Source: Blastocatellia bacterium
GTDB lineage: Bacteria > Acidobacteriota > Blastocatellia > UBA7656
Assembly: GCA_035293105.1 (NCBI GenBank)
Contig: DATDOV010000079.1
Coordinates: 101,574-165,573 of the forward strand
Length of the DNA stretch: 64,000 bases
Direction: 5' to 3'
In this document: positions 57,391 to 64,000 of the stretch, in pieces
Position numbering within the stretch: the stretch's first letter is position 1
Layout of the letters: every line of letters starts with the position of its first letter
Program-made: the position numbers and the translations under genes
The notes under the pieces: model-generated
The model's input: only the letters and a program-made list of their open reading frames with translations
Told to the model about the DNA's origin: nothing
Database searches by the model: none

Positions 57391-57828
57391 TCACGAGCCG
57401 CCTTCGCCTTTCGTCTTGCGGCGCCGCGCCCACTCGTCGATGCTCTCGCGGATGAACTCGCCCAGGTCCTCGATCTCGCGGGACGACTTCTCCCAGATGT
57501 CCCTCCAGGAATCCTTGATCGACTCGGCGTCGATATTCACCGCGTAGGCGCGGCCCGAGCCTGCGGAACAGGTCTCGTCCTCGTAGTAAGCCGCAAGCTG
57601 CCGGCACGCCATCGCCGCGACGGTCAGTGAGCTTCCCGCCGGGAGAGGATCGCAGATCGTCGCAACGCTCGGGTCCAACTCCTTTAGCCTCGCGAGCACC
57701 CGGTTGTATTGGTCGACGCAGTAGACGGCCGCGTCCTGAGCGCCGCCGGTCCATTCCGACTGCAAGGCCATACGCGATGTCCGGCGCAGCACATTTACCA
57801 GCTTTCCTATCTCTTTCTCTCTTTCCAT
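57391..57828 (-). CDS. small cytoplasmic protein, paralog B (candidate anti-sigma)
   Basis: MEREKEIGKLVNVLRRTSRMALQSEW...QYNRVLARLKELDP...AAYYEDE; GAAGGGAGG RBS. Confidence 0.45.
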   Translation of the reverse strand: MEREKEIGKLVNVLRRTSRMALQSEWTGGAQDAAVYCVDQYNRVLARLKELDPSVATICDPLPAGSSLTVAAMACRQLAAYYEDETCSAGSGRAYAVNIDAESIKDSWRDIWEKSSREIEDLGEFIRESIDEWARRRKTKGEGGS

Positions 57829-57839
57829 AAGCCTCCCTT

Positions 57840-58196
57840 CTACCAGCACCGGCCAGTGCGACCCACAACCCAAACGTGCTTCCCTCCGCGTCTGCGGCCG
57901 CGACCAATCCCCACGCCGATATGGGGCGCGGCGCACCCGGCCTCGTCTTCGAAGTAGGCAGCAAGCTCGCGAGCGGCCATCCGCACGACCTCTGCGGAAA
58001 CACTTTCGGACAGCGGTCCGAACGCCTGAGCCACTGCCGGCTCAAGCTCGGCCAGCCGCGCGCGCACCTTGTTGTACTGCGCGACGAGGAACGCGGCCGC
58101 GTCGGGCTCGACTCGGTTCCAGGCAGCGTAGACGGCGGAACGCGCGATCCGCCGCAATACGTTCACCAGTTTCGCTAGTTCTTTATCTCTTTCCAT
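57840..58196 (-). CDS. small cytoplasmic protein, paralog A (candidate anti-sigma)
   Basis: MERDKELAKLVNVLRRIARSAVYAAW...QYNKVRARLAELEP...AAYFEDE; start overlaps the ECF sigma gene end. Confidence 0.45.
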   Translation of the reverse strand: MERDKELAKLVNVLRRIARSAVYAAWNRVEPDAAAFLVAQYNKVRARLAELEPAVAQAFGPLSESVSAEVVRMAARELAAYFEDEAGCAAPHIGVGIGRGRRRGGKHVWVVGRTGRCW

Positions 58197-58765
58197 CTTT
58201 CACCTCGATCACCCAAAAGTTCCATTCGCTGTCTGAGCAGCTCTTTCCCACGATGCACGCGCCATTTGATGGTCGACACCGGCACGCCTAGAAACGCCGC
58301 GATCCGTTTGAGCGGCATCTCGTCCAGGAATCGGAGCCGTATGACCAGCGCGTAATCCGCCGGGATGCTTTCAATCGCGAGGTGCAGCTCACGGCTCGCG
58401 CCGGTTTCCTCGACGAGCGGCCGGCCGAGCGCCGCGACTCGTTCGAGCAGGACTTCATCGAGCTCGATTCGCCCGGTCTGATGCGCGCGCTCGCGCTTGC
58501 TGAAGCGAAGCGCACGGTTTCGCGTGATGGCCGAAAGCCATGCGGCGAACCGGCGCGGGTCTTCAATCGACGGCAGCGCTTTGAACGCGAGCAGCAGCGC
58601 GTCCTGAACCACGTCTTCGGCGTCCTCCCGACCTACCACCGCCTGAGCCGTGCGTACGACCGCGGCTCGATAGCGTCCCGCAAGCTCACCGAAGGCCTCG
58701 AGGTCGCCCACAATCGCCGCCAGCACGAGCACTTCATCGGGCGGTTCTCTGCGCACCTTCGCCAT
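58175..58765 (-). CDS. ECF-family RNA polymerase sigma factor
   Basis: Region 2 VVQDALLLAFKAL...FAAWLSAITRNRALRF; region 4 RLRFLDEMPLKRIAAFLGVPVSTIKWRVHRGKELL. Confidence 0.8.
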   Translation of the reverse strand: MAKVRREPPDEVLVLAAIVGDLEAFGELAGRYRAAVVRTAQAVVGREDAEDVVQDALLLAFKALPSIEDPRRFAAWLSAITRNRALRFSKRERAHQTGRIELDEVLLERVAALGRPLVEETGASRELHLAIESIPADYALVIRLRFLDEMPLKRIAAFLGVPVSTIKWRVHRGKELLRQRMELLGDRGERWKEIKN

Positions 58766-58950
58766 CCTACTCCAGGGCCGATCATGGCCCCTCATGAATA
58801 ATAGAGACATGATAGGCGGAAAAGGTCAGTTCGGAGACACGGCTTTTTCAACTCGAGTAACAAGAAAGAGCAAAGAGAGCAAAGAAGCAAAGAGAGCAGG
58901 TTTGATCTTTGTCTTGCGGGTGTGCTAGATTACGCGCCTCGGTGAGAGCG

Positions 58951-59346
58951 ATGACGCCAGCGTTGCGAAAGGACCCGACATGGTTTAGCTGCCTGCGAAG
59001 CGGGTTTGTGCTCGTATTCATGCTATTCCCGCTGGCCGACGTCGGATTCCCTCAGTCCTGCTGCGATGAAGTCGCCGGGGTCCCTATTGCGGGCACGATT
59101 ATGTTGGCCGCTACGCTCGCTGATCAGGCGAATACTCTCATACGCCCAGGCGACTCTGGAAACGATCAACCTTCGCGTTCGCCCCTGACCGATGACGACT
59201 GCTTTTGCTGCTGTTCTCACATCCTTCCGAGTCCCGCCCTCAGCGTTGGCGTATCGGGAGTGAAGCCGCCGGCAGCACGTCCGTCAGACTCGTCGTTGCC
59301 CTCTGCTCCCCCTCGCAGCACCTTTCATCCTCCCCGCCTCGCCTAG
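58951..59346 (+). CDS. Cys-rich small membrane protein (candidate metal-binding)
   Basis: One TM (GFVLVFMLFPLADVGF) then QSCCDEV and DDDCFCCCSH motifs. Upstream AT-rich region has GCAAAGAGA repeats. Divergent from the ECF sigma, upstream of the RND efflux operon. Confidence 0.35.
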   Translation: MTPALRKDPTWFSCLRSGFVLVFMLFPLADVGFPQSCCDEVAGVPIAGTIMLAATLADQANTLIRPGDSGNDQPSRSPLTDDDCFCCCSHILPSPALSVGVSGVKPPAARPSDSSLPSAPPRSTFHPPRLA

Positions 59347-59548
59347 AGTCCGTCGACTCTCCATTTCATGAATGACTGCGCCCGTGGGTACGACTTCGTT
59401 GGGGTGCTCGCAGTAGCAAACGGCGCGTGTCCGAAACAATCGCTCGAAGCCCCGTGCGGTCCCGGGTGCAACTGGTCGCCGTAGTGACGTGTGGACTTCT
59501 CCCGGCAGAAAGACGCGTAGACACGCTTCGAGGAAAGGAAGTTTAGCA

Positions 59549-60979
59549 ATGGCTTCACAACCCAGGCCCGCTCTCAGGCGAGCCTCGATGGCTCCCTTCG
59601 CAATACTAGCGCTATGTGGCGCTGCCCTTGGGCAAAGCGATTCGGTCCCCTCCGGCGTCGTTCGTCGGGATGAGCCACGCATGTCTTTTGCTCGTGTTCG
59701 GTTGCCCGACTATCCCGGCTCGGAAGGCGCCGCCCCAGCCACCGCAACCGCCCGTTATTTCGACGCCGCGCAAGGCGCAAACTCAAACGATCTTGTTCGC
59801 CGCGCGCTCGCCGGGAATGTCGAACTCGCCGCAGCCCGGCTCGACATCGAGCGAGCCCGCGCGCGATTGCGGCAAGCGGGGCTCAGACCGAACCCGGCGA
59901 TCGAGTTCGAGCAGACGACGGGCCGTCTGACGGGTTCGGCCGGCGAGCGCGACACGACGATAGGATTCGCCCTGCCTCTCGAACTCGGCGGCAAGAGGCA
60001 GCGGCGAATCGATGTGGCGCGCGCGGAGTTGGAAGCCGCCGAGGCCGAAGTCGCCGACCGGGAACGCAGACTCGCCGCCGAAGTTCGCACGGCATACGCC
60101 GTGGCGACGGCCGCGCTTCGTGAGCTTGAAACAACTGAGAGTCTCAACAACGTGGACCTGCAAACCGCGCGCGTCATCGAGGCTCGCGTGATCGAAGGCG
60201 AGTCCGCGCCGTTGGAGCTGAACCTGTTGCGGGTGGAGGTCGACCGGTTGAGGTCGCGGCGGGCGCTTGTGGAAGGCCGGCTGCAAACCGCGCTGCTACG
60301 CTTGAAAACACTCGCTGGCATCCCTCCTGCCGAGCCGCTCCGGCTGAGCGAAGATCTCGCGGCGCCGCTCATCCCCGAGCCCCCGCCTTCTCTGGACGCC
60401 GCAGTAGACATTGCTCTGCGTACAAGGCCCGATCTGCGGCTCGCGCGCCTGACCGAGGAGGTCGCACAGGCAGGGCTGCGGCTTGCGCACTCGCAAGCCC
60501 TTCCCGACGTGACCGCAATCGGAAGGTACTCCTTGAGTCACTCGGTCACGGACCTGCCTCCCCCGCTGGCGCCGTTCCCCGACCGCGACCACTTGCTGAC
60601 GTTCGGCGTCTCCATCGGAATCCCGGTCTTCAATCGCAATCAGGGCGCGAGGGCCGACGCAGCGGCGGCAATAGCTCAGACGCGAAAACGGCGAGAGTTT
60701 CTCGAGACGGTCGTCAGGTCTGAGGTTGCGAGCGCGTTCGCGCGCTACGAGGCAGCCGGGTCGGCTCTGGCTACTTTCGAGCAGGGCGTCCTCGCGCGCT
60801 CGATGCAGAACATCATCTCGATTCGCGGCGCTTACGAGATAGGTGCGTTCCGAGTGACCGATCTGCTTGTTGAGCAGCGCCGATTCGTAGACTCGCAGCG
60901 CGAGTTCATCGAGGCGCTTGCAGAAAGATACCAGGCGCTGGCCGATCTTCAGGCGGCGATAGGCGCCCCCGTTCAATGA
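59549..60979 (+). CDS. TolC-family outer membrane efflux protein
   Basis: Signal peptide, tandem OEP repeats; about 475 aa. Confidence 0.8.
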   Translation: MASQPRPALRRASMAPFAILALCGAALGQSDSVPSGVVRRDEPRMSFARVRLPDYPGSEGAAPATATARYFDAAQGANSNDLVRRALAGNVELAAARLDIERARARLRQAGLRPNPAIEFEQTTGRLTGSAGERDTTIGFALPLELGGKRQRRIDVARAELEAAEAEVADRERRLAAEVRTAYAVATAALRELETTESLNNVDLQTARVIEARVIEGESAPLELNLLRVEVDRLRSRRALVEGRLQTALLRLKTLAGIPPAEPLRLSEDLAAPLIPEPPPSLDAAVDIALRTRPDLRLARLTEEVAQAGLRLAHSQALPDVTAIGRYSLSHSVTDLPPPLAPFPDRDHLLTFGVSIGIPVFNRNQGARADAAAAIAQTRKRREFLETVVRSEVASAFARYEAAGSALATFEQGVLARSMQNIISIRGAYEIGAFRVTDLLVEQRRFVDSQREFIEALAERYQALADLQAAIGAPVQ

Positions 60980-60989
60980 GGAGGAAATC

Positions 60990-62315
60990 ATGGCAGAAGA
61001 CACCGCAGGCGAACACCGGAACAGCGCCGCCGGCGAGGACTCAATCTCGCGCCGCCCTATGACCCATTCCGGCAAGCGCGCGATGGTCGTCGTCCTCATC
61101 GTGACCGCGCTCGTGGCTTCGGGTGCCGCCGCGCTCTGGCTGAGCGCGAAGGGCTCAGGCCAGATCAGCGACAGCGCACCGGAAGAGAGGTCCGACGCCG
61201 GAGACATCGTAACGCTCAGCGAGGAGATTCAGCGCAACATCGGCCTATCGCTCGAAGCCGCGCAGGTGAGGACTCTTGTGCGAACGGTTCAAGCGACCGG
61301 CATCGTCGGCCCAAACGAGACGCGGGTCGCGCACATTCGGCCGCTGGCCAGGGGCCGCATTGAGAAAGTCCACGTGCGGCTCGGCGACCGCGTGCGCGCC
61401 GGCCAGCCGCTCGCCGACTACGACAATATCGAACTCGGCGAGTTGATCGGCCAATACCTCAGCGCCGCCGCCGCACTCGAAAAGGCAAACGCGGAGGCTG
61501 AAGTAACCAGGCAGTCCCTCGAGCGCGCACAGCGTCTGATAGACCTCGGCGCGGTGGCGAAGGCTGAGTATGAGAAACGAAACGCCGAGTACAAGAATGC
61601 GCTTGCGTCCATCAACAGCGAGAAGGCGGAGCTCGAAAACGTCGAGGAGAAAATCCACCGGTTCGGGCTGACCGACGCGGATCTCGAGAGACTCAAGGCA
61701 CGCACGCATGCCGACCACCATCGCGAAGCTTCGCACAGCACGCTTCGCGCGCCATTCGGCGGGATCGTGATCAAGTCGGAAATAGCTGAAGGCGAGGCCG
61801 TCGATACCGAACGCGAGATGTTCACCGTGGCCGATATCTCGACGGTGTGGGTGCAAGCGGATGTTTATGAGAAGGACATCGCCCTCATCCGACAGGGGCA
61901 GGAAGTCCAGGTCCGTCTTGATTCCTACCCCGGTGAAGTCTTCAGAGGAAAGATCACCTACGTGAGCGATTTTCTCGATCCGAAGACCCGCACGGCCAAG
62001 GTCCGCTGCGAAGTCCCGAATCCCGGGAGCCGCCTGAAACTCGAGATGTTCGCCAGGATTGATATCCCCACTTCTACGGGCCGCGACGCCGTGATGATTC
62101 CGTCATCGGCAATCCAGCACATCGAAGACAAGCCGGTTGTGTTCATCAAGACCGGCGATGGCCAGTTTCAGAAGCGCGAGGTCCAGCTTGGCGCCGAGAG
62201 CGATGGCTGGGTCGAAGTCACGAGCGGCCTGAACGCCGGCGAAGTGGTGGTGGCGCTAGGGAGCTTTCAACTGAAGTCCGCTCTGCTGAAAGATCAGATC
62301 AGCGGAGAAGATTGA
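60990..62315 (+). CDS. efflux RND transporter periplasmic adaptor subunit (CusB/CzcB-like)
   Basis: N-terminal TM, coiled-coil hairpin, C-terminal beta-barrel; ...RIDIPTSTGRDAVMIPSSAI... Confidence 0.85.
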   Translation: MAEDTAGEHRNSAAGEDSISRRPMTHSGKRAMVVVLIVTALVASGAAALWLSAKGSGQISDSAPEERSDAGDIVTLSEEIQRNIGLSLEAAQVRTLVRTVQATGIVGPNETRVAHIRPLARGRIEKVHVRLGDRVRAGQPLADYDNIELGELIGQYLSAAAALEKANAEAEVTRQSLERAQRLIDLGAVAKAEYEKRNAEYKNALASINSEKAELENVEEKIHRFGLTDADLERLKARTHADHHREASHSTLRAPFGGIVIKSEIAEGEAVDTEREMFTVADISTVWVQADVYEKDIALIRQGQEVQVRLDSYPGEVFRGKITYVSDFLDPKTRTAKVRCEVPNPGSRLKLEMFARIDIPTSTGRDAVMIPSSAIQHIEDKPVVFIKTGDGQFQKREVQLGAESDGWVEVTSGLNAGEVVVALGSFQLKSALLKDQISGED

Positions 62316-62331
62316 GAGGGTGTCAAAGGAT

Positions 62332-64000
62332 GCATCGGATTATCGAGCTCTCCCTTAAGTATCGCTTCCTTGTCGCCGTCCTCACGCTGCTAACGGTCGG
62401 CACGGGAATCTACAGCCTGCGCAGACTCACAATCGACGCGGTGCCGGACGTGACGCCGGTCCAGGTGCAGATACTCACGAAGTCTCCCGCGCTCGGGCCG
62501 CCGGAGGTTGAACAGTTCATTACCTACCCGATTGAGACGGCGATGAGTGGTCTGCCCGGACTGGAGGAGATTCGTTCAGTCTCCCGCTACGGACTGTCGG
62601 CGGTGACCGTGACTTTTGACGAGAGCGTCAGCCGCTACTTCGCGCGGCAACAGGTAAATGAGCGGCTGCAACAGGCCATCGAGCAGATCCCGCAGCAGTA
62701 CGGGCGGCCGGAGATGGGACCGCTCACAACCGGGCTCGGCGAAGTCTACCACTTCACCGTCGAGGGCGACGGCTACAGCCCGATGGACTTGCGCACGATA
62801 CTGGACTGGCAAATTGCATTTCGCCTGCGATCGGTCCCGGGCGTGGTCGAGGTCAACACGTGGGGCGGACTCGCGAAGCAGTATCACGTAGTGGTCGATC
62901 CGCAGAAGCTGGTCGCCTACCGCGTTCCGATCAACAAGGTTTTCGAGGCTCTCGAGCGCAACAACGCCAACGCCGGCGGCGGCTACATCGAACACAACCA
63001 GGAGCAGTACATCATACGGGCTGAAGCGTTGGTCAGCAGCCCGCGCGATCTGGAGAACGTAGTCGTGAACGCCGGACCGGATGGCACTCCGGTGTACGTC
63101 CGACAGCTCGGCGAGGTACGCGAGGGCGCAATGCTTCGGATCGGCGCGGCCACTGCCGAGGGGAAGGGCGAGACTGTGATCGGCATGGCGCAGATGCTGG
63201 CCGGTGAAAACGCGAGCGAGGTCGCCGAGCGTGTCAAACAGAAGATCGAACAGATCAAACCGTCGCTCCCGCCCGGCGTCCGTATCGTCCCCTTCTATGA
63301 CCGCGCCGACTTCGTGAATCGCGTGATTCACACGGTGCGGAACAATCTCCTCGAAGGCGGGTTGCTGGTCGTCGCCGTGTTGTTTCTTTTTCTCGGAAAC
63401 CTGCGCGGCGGGTTGATCGTGGCTTCGGCGATTCCGCTGTCGATGCTCGTGGCTTTCACGGGAATGGTGGCGGCGGGAATCTCGGGCAATTTGATGAGCC
63501 TTGGCGCAATAGACTTCGGGCTGCTGGTTGACGGCTCGGTGGTCATGATCGAGAGCATCGTACGCAAGCTGTCGGGGCGAAAGAAGGATGAGGCGGGCAG
63601 TCCGATGCTCGCGATCCTGGAGGCCGGCCGCGAGGTGGCCCGGCCCGTCTTTTTCGCCGTCACCATCATCATTCTCGTCTACATTCCAATACTCACGCTG
63701 ACGGGGATCGAAGGAAAGATGTTCAAGCCGATGGCTTACACGGTGGTGTTTGCGCTCGCGGGCTCGCTGGTCATTGCGCTGACGCTCATGCCGGTGCTGG
63801 CCTCGTTCTTCCTTGCAAGGCGGGTAAGCCACAAGGAACCCGCCGTCGTGCGGGCGGCTCATCGTGTTTATGCGCCGGTGCTGAGCTGGGTCCTGTCGCA
63901 TCGGTTGGTAACGGCTGCGGCAGCCGTCACGATCTTCACTGCCAGTTTGGCCATGTTCCCGTTCCTCGGCCGCGAGTTCATTCCGCGCCTCGACGAGGGC
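62332..64000 (+). CDS. CusA/CzcA-family heavy-metal efflux RND permease (partial, continues past window end)
   Basis: MHRIIELSLKYRFLVAVLTLLTVGTGIYSLRRLTIDAVPDVTPVQVQILTKSPALGPPEVEQFITYPIE... canonical HME-RND N-terminus. Confidence 0.85.

Noticed and set aside
57305-58045. 246-aa minus-strand ORF spanning the two small paralog genes
   Set aside because: Out of frame with both well-supported paralog ORFs, which have RBSs and conserved N-termini. Arg/Gly-rich artefact.

Overview
High-GC bacterial chromosomal segment (codon usage and gene content suggest an Acidobacteria-like soil organism) with three parts.

(1) 1–27.3 kb, housekeeping and metabolic core: coaE (partial), a YbjN-like protein, a ClpA-like AAA+ unfoldase whose second ATPase domain is degenerate, accC plus a BCCP-like protein, a CDP-alcohol phosphatidyltransferase, greA, a sigma-54 activator, a DUF2339-like giant membrane protein, a TonB-receptor-like OMP, haloalkane dehalogenase, SDR, formamidase, fadD, a secreted PTP and an ornithine cyclodeaminase.

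(2) ~27.4–42.0 kb, lower-GC accessory island packed with addiction and defence modules. There are at least six toxin-antitoxin-like pairs, most of whose toxin genes are truncated or frameshifted while the antitoxins are intact. Three near-identical DUF488/YeaO paralogs each sit 3' of a different small two-gene module. The island also carries a type II R-M pair and a RhuM/Fic-like gene. Most notably, a sigma-like/acidic protein/ImmA-IrrE metallopeptidase triad is transcribed divergently from a two-gene ubiquitin-like conjugation operon (multi-ubiquitin–E2 fusion plus JAB–E1 fusion). I read this as a candidate stress-gated bacterial ubiquitination defence module.

(3) 42–64 kb: a B12-radical SAM enzyme; a Hg-type MerR operon (merR–trx–ccdA, with ccdA carrying an in-frame TGA) and a MerP-like HMA protein; a metallophosphatase homolog with an in-frame TGA; pckA; a zeta-toxin-like kinase; a DASS transporter; a porin; Gfo/Idh/MocA, PAP2 and HpnA-like epimerase genes (the PAP2 gene contains 8-bp tandem repeats in-frame); and an ECF sigma factor with two tandem paralogous small proteins divergent from a Cys-rich small protein and a CzcCBA/CusCBA-type RND heavy-metal efflux operon (partial at the window end).

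Several dispersed palindromic MITE/REP-like repeat families are present. No rRNA, tRNA or CRISPR array was found by eye.
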